Position numbers and translations under genes: made by a program. The notes beneath the pieces were generated by a model. That model did not search any database. It was not told the origin of the DNA and saw nothing but the letters and a program-made list of their open reading frames with translations. From Eledone cirrhosa (lineage: Eukaryota), in contig OZ024750.1 of NCBI GenBank assembly GCA_964016885.1, positions 39,742,001 through 39,806,000 of the forward strand: a stretch of DNA of 64,000 nucleotides, read 5' to 3'. This document shows positions 1-12,275 of this stretch, in pieces (the first letter of the stretch is position 1; each line of letters opens with the position of its first letter).

Positions 1-3000
1 TCTTTTGATAGTAGCTAGTAGTCCAATAGGCAGTGTCTTTTTATAGTAACTAGTAGTCCAATAGGCAGTGTCTTTTGATAGTAGCTAGTAGTCCAATAGG
101 CAGTGTCTTTTGATAGTAACTAGTAGTCCAATAGACAATGTCTTTTGATAGTAACTAGTAGTCCAATAGGCAATGTCTTTTGATAGTAGATAGTAGTCCA
201 ATAGGCAGTGTCTTTTGATAGTAACTAGTAGTCCAATAGGCGGTGTCTTTTGATAGTAACTAGTAGTCCAATAGGCAATGTCTTTTGATAGTAGCTAGTA
301 GTCCAATAGGCAATGTCTTTTGATAGTAGCTAGTAGTCCAATAGGCAGTGTCTTTTGATAGTAGCTAGTAGTCCAATAGGCAATGTCTTTTGATAGTAGC
401 TAGTAGTCCAATAGGCAATGTCTTTTGATAGTAGCTAGTAGTCCAATAGACAATGTCTTTTGATAGTAGCTAGTAGTCCAATAGGCAATGTCTTTTGATA
501 GTAACTAGTAGTCCAATAGGCGGTGTCTTTTGATAGTAACTAGTAGTCCAATAGGCAATGTCTTTTGATAGTAGCTAGTAGTCCAATAGGCAATGTCTTT
601 TGATAGTAGCTAGTAGTCCAATAGGCAATGTCTTTTGATAGTAGCTAGTAGTCCAATAGGCAGTGTCTTTTGATAGTAGCTAGTAGTTCAATAGGCAATG
701 TCTTTTGATAGTAGCTAGTAGTCCAATAGGCAGTGTCTTGATAGTAGCTAGTAGTCCAATAGGCAATGTCTTTTGATAGTAGCTAGTATTCCAATAGGCA
801 ATGTCTTTTGATAGTAGTTAGTAGTCCAATAGGCAGTGTCTTTTTATAGTAACTAGTAGTCCAATAGGCAGTGTCTTTTGATAGTAGCTAGTAGTTCAAT
901 AGGCAGTGTCTTTTGATAGTAGTTAGTAGTCCAATAGGCAGTGTCTTTTGATAGTAGCTAGTAGTCCAATAGGCAGTGTCTTTTGATAGTAGTTAGTAGT
1001 CCAATAGGCAGTGTCTTTTGATAGTAGTTAGTAGTCCAATAGACAATGTCTTTTGATAGTAGCTAGTAGTCCAATAGGCAATGTCTTTTGATAGTAGCTA
1101 GTAGTCCAATAGTCAGTGTCTTTTTATAGTAACTAGTAGTCCAATAGGCAGTGTCTTTTGATAGTAGCTAGTAGTCCAATAGGCAATGTCTTTTGATAGT
1201 AACTAGTAGTCCAATAGGCAGTGTCTTTTGATAGTAACTAGTAGTCCAATAGGCAGTGTCTTTTGATAGTAGCTAGTAGTTCAATAGGCAGTGTCTTTTG
1301 ATAGTAGTTAGTTGTCCAATAGGCAGTGTCTTTTGATAGTAGTTAGTAGTCCAATAGGCAGTGTCTTTTGATAGTAGTTAGTAGTCCAATAGGCAGTGTC
1401 TTTTGATAGTAGTTAGTAGTCCAATAGACAATGTCTTTTGATAGTAGCTAGTAGTCCAATAGGCAATGTCTTTTGATAGTAGCTAGTAGTCCAATAGGCA
1501 ATGTCTTTTGATAGTAGCGAGTAGTCCAATAGGCAATGTCTTTTGATAGTAACTAGTAGTCCAATAGGCAGTGTCTTTTTATAGTAGCTAGTAGTTCAAT
1601 AGGCAGTGTCTTTTGATAGTAGCTAGTAGTCCAATAGGCAATGTCTTTTGATAGTAACTAGTAGTCCAATAGGCAATGTCTTTTGATAGTAACTAGTAGT
1701 CCAATAGGCGGTGTCTTTTGATAGTAGCTAGTAGTCCAATAGGCAGTGTCTTTTGATAGTAGCTAGTAGTCCATTAGGCAATGTCTTTTGATAGTAACTA
1801 GTAGTCCAATAGGCAGTGTCTTTTTATAGTAACTAGTAGTCCAATAGGCAATGTCTTTTGATAGTAAGTAGTAGTCCTATAGGCAGTGTCTTTTGATAGT
1901 AACTAGTAGTCCAATAGGCAATGTCTTTTGATAGTAGCTAGTAGTCCAATAGGCAATGTCTTTTGATAGTAGCTAGTAGTCCAATAGGCAGTGTCTTTTG
2001 ATAGTAGTTAGTAGTCCAATAGGCAGTGTCTTTTGATAGTAGTTAGTAGTCCAATAGGCAATGTCTTTTGATAGTAAGTAGTAGTCCTATAGGCAGTGTC
2101 TTTTGATAGTAGCTAGTAGTCCTATAGGCAATGTCTTTTGATAGTAGCTAGTAGTCCAATAGGCAATGTCTTTTGATAGTAGCTAGTAGTCCAATAGGCA
2201 ATGTCTTTTGATAGTAGCTAGTAGTCCAATAGGCAATGTCTTTTGATAGTAGCTAGTAGTCCAATAGGCAATGTCTTTTGATAGTAGCTAGTAGTCCAAT
2301 AGGCAATGTCTTTTGATAGTAGCTAGTAGTCCTATAGGCAATGTCTTTTGATAGTAGCTAGTAGTCCAATAGGCAATGTCTTTTGATAGTAGCTAGTAGT
2401 CCAATAGGCAGTGTCTTTTGATAGTAGCTAGTAGTTCAATAGGCAGTGTCTTTTGATAGTAGTTAGTAGTCCAATAGGCAGTGTCTTTTGATAGTAGTTA
2501 GTAGTCCAATAGGCAGTGTCTTTTGATAGTAGTTAGTAGTCCAATAGACAATGTCTTTTGATAGTAGCTAGTAGTCCAATAGGCAATGTCTTTTGATAGA
2601 AGCTAGTAGTCCAATAGGCAATGTCTTTTGATAGTAGCGAGTAGTCCAATAGGCAATGTCTTTTGATAGTAACTAGTAGTCCAATAGGCAGTGTCTTTTT
2701 ATAGTAACTAGTAGTCCAATAGGCAATGTCTTTTGATAGTAAGTAGTAGTCCTATAGGCAGTGTCTTTTGATAGTAACTAGTAGTCCAATAGGCAATGTC
2801 TTTTGATAGTAACTAGTAGTCCAATAGGCAATGTCTTTTGATAGTAGCGAGTAGTCCAATAGGCAATGTCTTTTGATAGTAACTAGTAGTCCAATAGGCA
2901 GTGTCTTTTTATAGTAACTAGTAGTCCAATAGGCAATGTCTTTTGATAGTAAGTAGTAGTCCTATAGGCAGTGTCTTTTGATAGTAACTAGTAGTCCAAT

Positions 3001-6000
3001 AGGCAATGTCTTTTGATAGTAACTAGTAGTCCAATAGGCAGTGTCTTTTTATAGTAACTAGTAGTCCAATAGGCAATGTCTTTTGATAGTAAGTAGTAGT
3101 CCTATAGGCAGTGTCTTTTGATAGTAACTAGTAGTCCAATAGGCAATGTCTTTTGATAGTAACTAGTAGTCCAATAGGCAATGTCTTTTGATAGTAACTA
3201 GTAGTCCAATAGGCGGTGTCTTTTGATAGTAGCTAGTAGTCCAATAGGCGGTGTCTTTTGATAGTAGCTAGTAGTCCAATAGGCAATGTCTTTTGATAGT
3301 AGCTAGTAGTCCAATAGGCAATGTCTTTTGATAGTAGCTAGTAGTCCAATAGGCAATGTCTTTTGATAGTAGCTAGTAGTCCAATAGGCAAAATCTTTTG
3401 ATAGTACCTAGTAGTCCTATAGGCAATGTCTTTTGATAGTAGCTAGTAGTCCTGTAGGCAATGTCTTTTGATAGTAGCTAGTAGTCCAATAGGCAATGTC
3501 TTTTGATAGTAACTAGTAGTCCAATAGGCAATGTCTTTTGATAGTAGCTAGTAGTCCAATAGGCAATGTCTTTTGATAGTAGTTAGTAGTCCAATAGGCA
3601 ATGTCTTTTGATAGTAGTTAGTAGTCCAATAGGCAGTGTCTTTTGATAGTAGTTAGTAGTCCAATAGACAATGTCTTTTGATAGTAGCTAGTAGTCCAAT
3701 AGGCAATGTCTTTTGATAGTAGCTAGTAGTCCAATAGGCAGTGTCTTTTTATAGTAACTAGTAGTCCAATAGGCAGTGTCTTTTGATAGTAGCTAGTAGT
3801 TCAATAGGCAGTGTCTTTTGATAGTAGCTAGTAGTCCAATAGGCAATGTCTTTTGATAGTAACTAGTAGTCCAATAGGCAATGTCTTTTGATAGTAACTA
3901 GTAGTCCTATAGGCGGTGTCTTTTGATAGTAGCTAGTAGTCCAATAGGCAGTGTCTTTTGATAGTAGCTAGTAGTCCATTAGGCAATGTCTTTTGATAGT
4001 AACTAGTAGTCCAATAGGCAGTGTCTTTTTATAGTAACTAGTAGTCCAATAGGCAATGTCTTTTGATAGTAACTAGTAGTCCAATAGGCGGTGTCTTTTG
4101 ATAGTAGCTAGTTGTCCAATAGGCGGTGTCTTTTGATAGTAGCTAGTAGTCCAATAGGCAATGTCTTTTGATAGTAGCTAGTAGTCCAATAGGCAATGTC
4201 TTTTGATAGTAGCTAGTAGTCCAATAGGCAGTGTCTTTTGATAGTAACTAGTAGTCCAATAGGCAGTGTCTTTTGATAGTAACTAGTAGTCCAATAGGCG
4301 GTGTCTTTTGATAGTAGCTAGTAGTCCAATAGGCAGTGTCTTTTTATAGTAACTAGTAGTCCAATAGGCAGTGTCTTTTGATAGTAGCTAATAGTCCAAT
4401 AGGCAGTGTCTTTTGATAGTAACTAGTAGTCCAATAGACAATGTCTTTTGATAGTAACTAGTAGTCCAATAGGCAATGTCTTTTGATAGTAGCTAGTAGT
4501 CCAATAGGCAGTGTCTTTTGATAGTAACTAGTAGTCCAATAGGCGGTGTCTTTTGATAGTAACTAGTAGTCCAATAGGCAATGTCTTTTGATAGTAGCTA
4601 GTAGTCCAATAGGCAATGTCTTTTGATAGTAGCTAGTAGTCCAATAGGCAGTGTCTTTTGATAGTAGCTAGTAGTCCAATAGGCAATGTCTTTTGATAGT
4701 AGCTAGTAGTCCAATAGGCAATGTCTTTTGATAGTAGCTAGTAGTCCAATAGGCAATGTCTTTTGATAGTAGCTAGTAGTCCAATAGGCAGTGTCTTTTG
4801 ATAGTAGCTAGTAGTTCAATAGGCAATGTCTTTTGATAGTAGCTAGTAGTCCAATAGGCAGTGTCTTGATAGTAGCTAGTAGTCCAATAGGCAATGTCTT
4901 TTGATAGTAGCTAGTATTCCAATAGGCAATGTCTTTTGATAGTCGCTAGTAGTCCAATAGGCAATGTCTTTTGATAGTAGCTAGTAGTCCAATAGGCGGT
5001 GTCTTTTGATAGTAACTAGTAGTTCAATAGGCAGTGTCTTTTGATAGTAACTAGTAGTTCAATAGGCAGTGTCTTTTGATAGTAACTAGTAGTTCAATAG
5101 GCAGTGTCTTTTGATAGTAGCTAGTAGTCCAATAGGCAATGTCTTTTAATAGTAGCTAGTAGTCCAATAGGCAGTCTTTTGATAGTAGCTAGTAGTCCAA
5201 TAGGCAGTCTTTTGATAGTAGCTAGTAGTCCAATAGGCAGTGTCTTTTGATAGTAGCTAGTAGTCCAATAGGCAATGTCTTTTAATAGTAGCTAGTAGTC
5301 CAATAGGCAGTGTCTTTTGATAGTAGCTAGTAGTCCAATGGGCAGTGTCTTTTGATAGTAGCTTGTAGTCCAATAGGCAGTGTCTTTTGATAGTAGCTAG
5401 TAGTCCAATAGGCAGTGTCTTTTGATAGTAGCGAGTAGTCCAATAGGCAGTGTCTTTTGATAGTAGCTAGTAGTCCAATAGGCAATGTCTTTTAATAGTA
5501 GCTAGTAGTCCAATAGGCAGTGTCTTTTGATAGTAGCTAGTAGTCCAATAGGCAATGTCTTTTGATAGTAACTAGTAGTCCAATAGGCGGTGTCTTTTGA
5601 TAGTAACTAGTAGTCCAATAGGCAGTGTCTTTTGATAGTAGCTAGTAGTCCAATAGGCAATGTCTTTTGATAGTAGCTAGTAGTCCAATAGGCAGTGTCT
5701 TTTGATAGTAGCTAGTAGTCCAATAGGCAGTGTCTTTTGATAGTAACTAGTAGTCCAATAGGCAATGTCTTTTGATAGTAACTAGTAGTCCAATAGGCGG
5801 TGTCTTTTGATAGTAACTAGTAGTCCAATAGGCAGTGTCTTTTGATAGTAACTAGTAGTCCAATAGGCAGTGTCTTTTGATAGTAACTAGTAGTCCAATA
5901 GGCAATGTCTTTTGATAGTAACTAGTAGTCCAATAGGCAATGTCTTTTGATAGTAGCTAGTAGTCCAATAGGCAATGTCTTTTGATAGTAGTTAGTAGTC

Positions 6001-7367
6001 CAATAGGCAATGTCTTTTGATAGTAGCTAGTAGTCCAATAGGCAATGTCTTTTGATAGTAGCTAGTAGTCCTATAGGCAATGTCTTTTGATAGTAGCTAG
6101 TAGTCCAATAGGCAATGTCTTTTGATAGTAGTTAGTAGTCCAATAGGCAGTGTCTTTTGATAGTAGTTAGTAGTCCAATAGACAATGTCTTTTGATAGTA
6201 GCTAGTACTCCAATAGGCAGTGTCTTTTGATAGTAGTTAGTAGTCCAATAGACAATGTCTTTTGATAGTAGTTAGTAGTCCAATAGGCAATGTCTTTTGA
6301 TAGTAGTTAGTAGTCCAATAGGCAGTGTCTTTTGATAGTAGTTAGTAGTCCAATAGACAATGTCTTTTGATAGTAGTTAGTAGTCCAATAGGCAGTGTCT
6401 TTTGATAGTAGTTAGTAGTCCAATAGGCAGTGTCTTTTGATAGTAGTTAGTAGTCCAATAGACAATGTCTTTTGATAGTAGCTAGTAGTCCAATAGGCAA
6501 TGCCTTTTGAGAGTAGCTAGTAGTCCAATAGGCAATGTCTTTTGATAGTAACTAGTAGTCCAATAGGCAGTGTCTTTTTATAGTAACTAGTAGTCCAATA
6601 GGCAGTGTCTTTTGATAGTAGCTAGTAGTCCAATAGGCAATGTCTTTTGATAGTAGCTAGTAGTCCAATAGGCGTAGTCTTTTGATAGTAGCTAGTAGTC
6701 CAATAGGCAGTGTCTTTTTATAGTAACTAGTAGTCCAATAGGCAGTGTCTTTTGATAGTAACTAGTAGTCCAATAGGCAGTCTTTTGATAGTAGCTAGTA
6801 GTCCAATAGGCAGTGTCTTTTGATAGTAGCTAGTAGTCCAATAGGCAATGTCTTTTGATAGTAGCTAGTAGTCCAATAGGCGTAGTCTTTTAATAGTAGC
6901 TAGTAGTCCAATAGGCAATGTCTTTTGATAGTAGCTAGTAGTCCAATAGGCAATGTCTTTTGATAGTAGCTAGTAGTCCAATAGGCAATGTCTTTTTATA
7001 GTAGCTAGTAGTCCAATAAGCAATGTCTTTTGATAGTAACTAGTAGTCCAATAGGCAATGTCTTTTGATAGTAGCTAGTTGTCCAATAGGCAATGTCTTT
7101 TGATAGTAGCTAGTAGTCCAATAGGCAATGTCTTTTGATAGTAGCTAGTAGTCCAATAGGCAATGTCTTTTGATAGTAACTAGTAGTCCTATAGGCGGTG
7201 TCTTTTGATAGTAACTAGTAGTCCAATAGGCAATGTCTTTTGATAGTAGCTAGTAGTCCAATAGGCAATGTCTTTTGATAGTAGCTAGTAGTCCAATAGG
7301 CAATGTCTTTTGATAGTAACTAGTAGTCCAATAGGCAATGTCTTTTGATAGTAACTAGTAGTTCAAT
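1..7367. repeat. 35-bp tandem satellite, about 210 copies, runs off the window start; probably intronic in QSOX
   Basis: Unit TCTTTTGATAGTA(G/A)CTAGTAGTCCAATAGGCA(A/G)TG repeated continuously with point variants. Confidence 0.97.
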
Positions 7368-7419
7368 GCCATCAATAATGGTGGCACTAACATTGAAGGT
7401 ATTTAATTTTTGGAAAGAA

Positions 7420-8070
7420 TCCAAATGAGAATACAAATGACAAAATTGGGATTCTTCAGAAGTGTCTTTGGAGTAATGTAGCTCAGAGACTAGAGAGTCA
7501 CTCCAGGTAGAGCTGCTACTTGTCTGAATTGAGAGATTACAGCTTCGATACTATGGAGATGTGGTTAGAATGTCTCAAGAAAGAATCACTGGAGAGTCAC
7601 TCCAGGTAGAGCTGCTACTTCTCTGAATTGAGAGATTACAGCTTTGATACTCTGGATATGTGGTTAGAATGTCTCAAGAAAGAATCACTGGAGAGTCACT
7701 CCAGGTAGAGCTGCTACTTCTCTGAATTGAGAGATTACAGCTTTGATACTATGGACATGTGGTTAGAATGTCTCAAGAAAGAATCACTGGAGAGTCACTC
7801 CAGGTAGAGCTGCTACTTCTCTGAATTGAGAGATTACAGCTTCGATACTATGGACATGTGGTTAGAATGTCTCAAGAAAGAAGCACTGGAGAGCCACTCC
7901 AGGTAGAGCTGCTACTTCTCTGAATTGAGAGATTACAGCTTCGATACTATGGACATGTGGTTAGAATGTCTCAAGAAAGAATCACTGGAGAGTCACTCCA
8001 GGTAGAGCTGCTACTTCTCTGAATTGAGAGATTACAGCTCCAATACTATGGACATATGGTTAGAATGTCA
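7420..8070 (+). repeat. RTE-type LINE 3' fragment containing about 6 tandem copies of a 99-bp unit
   Basis: GAGAGTCAC(or GAGAGCCAC)TCCAGGTAGAGC recurs at 7493, 7592, 7691, 7790, 7889 and 7988; aligns to the single-copy LINE fragment at 11270-11470. Confidence 0.88.
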
Positions 8071-8237
8071 CCGTAAATGAGGTTGGTATTAGGAAGGGCA
8101 TCCAGCAGCTGTAGAAACCGAGCCAAAATCAGTCCTGTATGAAGAAGACATGGTCACCTGACCTGGCATTGCTTACAACAGGAGAACCCGTCTAACCCAT
8201 GCTAGCGTGGAAGAATGACCGTAAAACGGTGATGATG

Positions 8238-8353
8238 ACACACACACACACACACACTCACTCACTCACTCACTCACTCACTCACTCACTCACTCACTCA
8301 CTCACTCACTCACTCACTCACTCACTCACTCACTCACTCACTCACTCACTCAC

Positions 8354-8390
<37 letters not shown>
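8238..8390. repeat. Compound microsatellite (CA)n(CACT)n(CT)n after a SINE-like 3' fragment
   Basis: Direct reading. Confidence 0.95.
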
Positions 8391-8392
<2 letters not shown>

Positions 8393-8536
8393 TGTGGTTG
8401 ATATGGTAATGAAATGATTATTAATAGTAACATTCAGTTATAAATACAAGCAATATCTTTCAGATTTCCAACTAAGGATTATGTGATTTAATTTATTTTT
8501 CCTTTTCTTTTCTTATTTCTATTTCCTTTCTTTCAG

Positions 8537-8637
8537 ATTGGAGTTGCTTTATTAATATTGGTGCAATTGACTGCGCTGATGAGAAAAATGTAGATATGTG
8601 TCGTACATATGATATTACTCTCTTTCCAACTATTAAG
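8537..8637 (+). CDS. QSOX: QSOX exon A (Trx1 C-terminal half)
   Basis: tttcag|ATTGG...ATTAAG|gta; WSCFINIGAIDCADEKNVDMCRTYDITLFPTIK resembles the QSOX DCA..N..C..F....FPT motif. Confidence 0.92.
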
Positions 8638-8715
8638 GTAAATATCGGCAGGTTTTTTTGCTCTGATTTGTTGAATAAAAATATAGTTAGAAGAGAAAAT
8701 ATTTTGCTGGTTTAA

Positions 8716-8922
8716 CCCTTTAGCATTTACATTTCTCTATATCTACTTTTGTATTTTTACAGTAAACACTTTATTTTACATAATTATCTTATATAATATC
8801 AAATCTGTGAGATTTTAATATTATTTATTTTGACATAAGTATGAGTGGCCAGTTACAGCTGGTTTGAACAGAAAGAGGTGAGAGAATTCTGGCTGGGTAT
8901 GCCCGATTTAAATACTAAAGGG
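8716..8922 (+). mobile_element. TTAA-flanked MITE (piggyBac-like termini)
   Basis: TTAA|CCCTTTAGCATTTA...TAAATACTAAAGGG|TTAA; related copies elsewhere in the window. Confidence 0.85.
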
Positions 8923-9490
8923 TTAAGACCAGTTTTTTCTCCCCACCAAATCGACTAAAAATATTTCAAAATCTCACCCACAGTAAACTTGCTCAAGGCT
9001 GACCTGTTTTATTTTTTAAGTAATTTATATATATATTTTTAGAAATTTATTTTCTCTTTCATTAATGAGGGAGGGGCAGTGCAAATGACCTTTTCTAGAG
9101 TCTGTGAGATTGGTGGAAAGGGGGGAAAGTATGTTCAAACCAGGGATCTGACCCCACTGCTTGCAAGAAAGGGATTCCAAAGGACCAGATGGTGGTGTTA
9201 AACTCAGTGTCTAATTAAGTCTACCATCCAAGTAAGCAACAGTGACATTTGTACTCAGAATCAAAAAAGCCAGAATAAAAACTGTGAGGCAAGTGTCTCA
9301 TAAATAAATAAATATATATATATGAGATAACAAAATATTGTTATAGGTAATCCAGTTAGAGGTTGTGAATACTTTGTATTGTGGGTAGTTTTAGCTTACG
9401 GCGTTGTTTGACTCAACAAGAGGTTACCGTAGGTGGCGAGTTTATGAGTTCTCTTGTATTCCTATGTAAGTTTATCTTGGAGTAATAAAA

Positions 9491-10197
9491 TTGAAAAAGT
9501 GAAGAATAACATGGTCAACGGTACAAAAAAGGGTTCTATTTACAGTCTAACAATTGTTTCACTGATTAAGTTGTCTAAATATTGCTGAACACTTGAAGCT
9601 GTGCCACTCAATTTTAAATACGTTGTTAGCTTTCTTTATTAATGATGTTGTAATTTCAATTCGTGAAAAGTGAGCATATTTTAACAGTTTCTCTGATGAT
9701 CTGGTTAAGCTAACAACGTATTTAAAATTGAGTGGCACAGCTTCAAGTGTTCAGCAATTTTTTAAACAACTTAATCAGTGAAACAATTGTTAATACTGTA
9801 AATAAATGGAGGCACATGGCTTAGTGGTTAGAGCATTGGCCTTGCAATCGAAAGGTTGTGAGTTCAATTCTCTGACCGGGTGATGTGTTGTTTCCTTGAG
9901 CAAGACACTTTATTTCACATTGCTCCAGTTTACTCAGCTGTAGAAATGAGATGATAGGGACTGGGGTCCATATCATTCCACTGCAAAGTGGTCGTGGAGG
10001 TGCCACAGCAAAAAAGCACCCAGTACTCACTGTAAATGAGGTTGGTGTTAGGAAGGGCATCCAGCTGTAGAAATCCAGTCAGAATCAGTTCCCGTCCCAC
10101 CCTTGCAAGCAGGGAAAAGTGGACGTAAAATGAAATGAAATGAAATGATGAAACCCTTTTTTGTACTGTTGACCATGTTATTCTTCACACTTTCAAC
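9491..10197. mobile_element. Inverted repeat (possible Penelope-type pseudo-LTR relic) interrupted by a SINE
   Basis: 9491-9632 is the reverse complement of 9707-9803 joined to 10151-10197; contains a CTGATGA...GAAAC motif. Confidence 0.6.
9807..10150 (+). mobile_element. Young tRNA-derived CORE-type SINE
   Basis: A-box TGGCTTAGTGG, B-box GAGTTCAATTC, CCTTGAGCAAGACACTT core, (AATGA)/(GAT) tail; near-identical copies at 23446 and 56040. Confidence 0.9.
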
Positions 10198-10253
10198 ATA
10201 TATATATATATATGACAGTTGAAAATTGCAAACTTGACTGTCACCATATATTA

Positions 10254-10292
10254 TGAACCTGAAGATTGCGAAAGCATGAAAGTACTTGTTCA
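10254..10292 (+). ncRNA. Minimal type I hammerhead ribozyme-like motif
   Basis: TGAAC-CTGAAGA-T-TGC(GAAA)GCA-T-GAA-AGTACT-T-GTTCA: stem I 5 bp, core boxes intact, palindromic stem III. Confidence 0.65.
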
Positions 10293-10332
10293 ATTAACAC
10301 TTAGAATTTAATATTCTATCATACTATTTCAT

Positions 10333-10470
10333 AGTTACGTCCCTTTACGATCTGAGTTCATATCCCGCCGAGGTTGACTTTGCCTTTCATCCTTACGGGG
10401 GTCGATAAAATAAAGTACCAGTAATGCACTGGGTAATTGCTGGCCTTGTGCCTAAAGTAGAAACAATTAT
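10333..10470 (+). mobile_element. Second SINE family, 3' portion
   Basis: GAGTTCA.ATCCCGCCGAGGTTGACTTTGCCTTTCATCC...AAGTAGAAACAATTAT; copies at 12770, 12927, 16510-16905, 54450 and 56582. Confidence 0.85.
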
Positions 10471-10585
10471 AATACCATTATAAATTTTAAAGGATTGTAA
10501 ATAAAACGAGTAAATCAGACAAAGTTTGAATTCCTCTTATTAATATAATCTTCTATACACAATCATACACACCCGTGTATATTTA

Positions 10586-10646
<61 letters not shown>

Positions 10647-11069
10647 ATGTAGAGTTGCCTAAAACAATTTCTGTCTCTTTTAGCCATTAATATATATATA
10701 TATATATATAGTTCTCACAACAGGACAACTCGTCTGACCCATGCTAGCATGGAAAATCGACGTTAAATAATATCAAAATCTCATATATTCGATATTATGT
10801 GAGGTAATGCTTTTACCCCAAAACTATAATAGTATATATAGAATAATGTAAATGGTAAAGGGTTAGTGTTTATATTTATCTAAAACCTTCCATCATAATT
10901 TTCTGTAAGAACCTTTGTTTCAAACACCATCTTAATGAGAAAGTTAGTTATATTATTAAACCCCTCAAAATTCTAGATTATTTTAAAAATCATTTTAACA
11001 TTATATCCTGTCTTTCACTACAAATATCATAATAAAATAGTTCATTTCTGTTTTCCTTCTCTATTGCAG

Positions 11070-11224
11070 TTATTTTTTCCAAACTCCAAGTCAAATGATA
11101 TTGGCACAGTCTATAAAAATGGTCGTGATAATGTTGGTGTATTTCGGCATAATATTATAGACTTCACTGTACAGTATTATACAAAGTCTAAAGATCCACA
11201 ATGGGAAAACTTTTCTCCAATTAA
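11070..11224 (+). CDS. QSOX: QSOX exon B
   Basis: ttgcag|TTATTT...ATTAA|gtaagt; LFFPNSKSNDIGTVYKNGRDNVGVFRHNIIDFTVQYYTKSKDPQWENFSPI; phase 0 to 2. Confidence 0.88.
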
Positions 11225-11234
11225 GTAAGTATCT

Positions 11235-11670
11235 AATTAATATGGTTGTGAATCTTGGGTAATGACTGACAGAATACGATTGGGAATACAAGCGGCTGAA
11301 ATGGGATTCCTCTGAAGACTCTTTGGAGTAACGTTACTCGATAAAGTGTGTAGCTCGGAGATCAGAGAGTCACTTTAGGTAGAGCTGCAACTTCTCCGAA
11401 TTGAGAGACCACAGCTCTGATACTATGAACATGTGGTTAGAATGTCTCAGGAAAGAATCTCTGGACAGATTTTACAGGTAAAACCTAGAGGTAGACCCTG
11501 AGCAGGATGGTTGGATAACATCCATGAGCTTGGCTGGTCATGCTTGGGGATCCAGCCGGATCAGTTGGAGACTGTTGCTTCTGACAGGACCCACTGGAAG
11601 GAGTGTTTGAGGGACTCTTCCCCCACGACCCTCTCGGGGGGAAAGTGGGCGAAGAAGAGAAGAAGAGTTA
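11235..11670 (+). mobile_element. RTE-clade LINE 3' end, 5'-truncated and degraded
   Basis: Reads RIQAAEMGFL.RLFGV...RIER.QL..Y.HVVRM...RGRP...W.D; (GAAGA)n tail; begins right after the exon B donor. Confidence 0.82.
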
Positions 11671-12275
11671 GCTTCATAATTTAATTATCGTTTTAGGAAG
11701 GGCATCAAGCTACAGAAACTATGAAAAGTACAGATCTATATGAGCAAGGCACAGTCACCTGATCTGGCTTGTCTTACACAACAGGACAACTCTTCTAATC
11801 ATGGAAAAATGGACATTAAATGTGATGATGATGTCTATTTTCCATACTTGTATGGTTGGTAGGTCATTATAGTTTCAGTTGGTTCTCATTTAGAGCCTGC
11901 TGGGTCAAGAACCACATCAGTATCATGTCTCAGCTATGGTTTCTACAGCTACTTAACAGACTATACTAGGTGTGTTTTATCATGGCAACATCATATTAGA
12001 GCTTGTCAAGACCTCAACATAATTAAAAACTCTTCCATACCCTATTTTGATTCTATTTGATCATCAACCTCTTTACAGAGTCTACTGGATGCATTTTATT
12101 ATTGCACCAGCTCTAGAGAAGTTGTCAAGACCTCAACATCACTAAAGAGTCTATTCCACTTTATGGTGTTTCTGTTTGATGAACGACACCACATTGCAGA
12201 GTGTACTGGATGCATCTTAATCATATCACTAGCACTGAAGACATTACCTTGTTTATATACAAGACTTTAAAGAGT

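Noticed and set aside
1-7367. CRISPR-like array (35-bp period)
   Set aside because: Head-to-tail repeats without unique spacers, no cas genes, eukaryotic context
9807-9885. tRNA gene
   Set aside because: tRNA-like head of a SINE that continues into CORE and tail sequence; no proper cloverleaf end
9821-10060. Multi-copy small protein family (MPFLTPTSFTV..., also 23535 and 56054)
   Set aside because: Antisense reading of the young SINE copies
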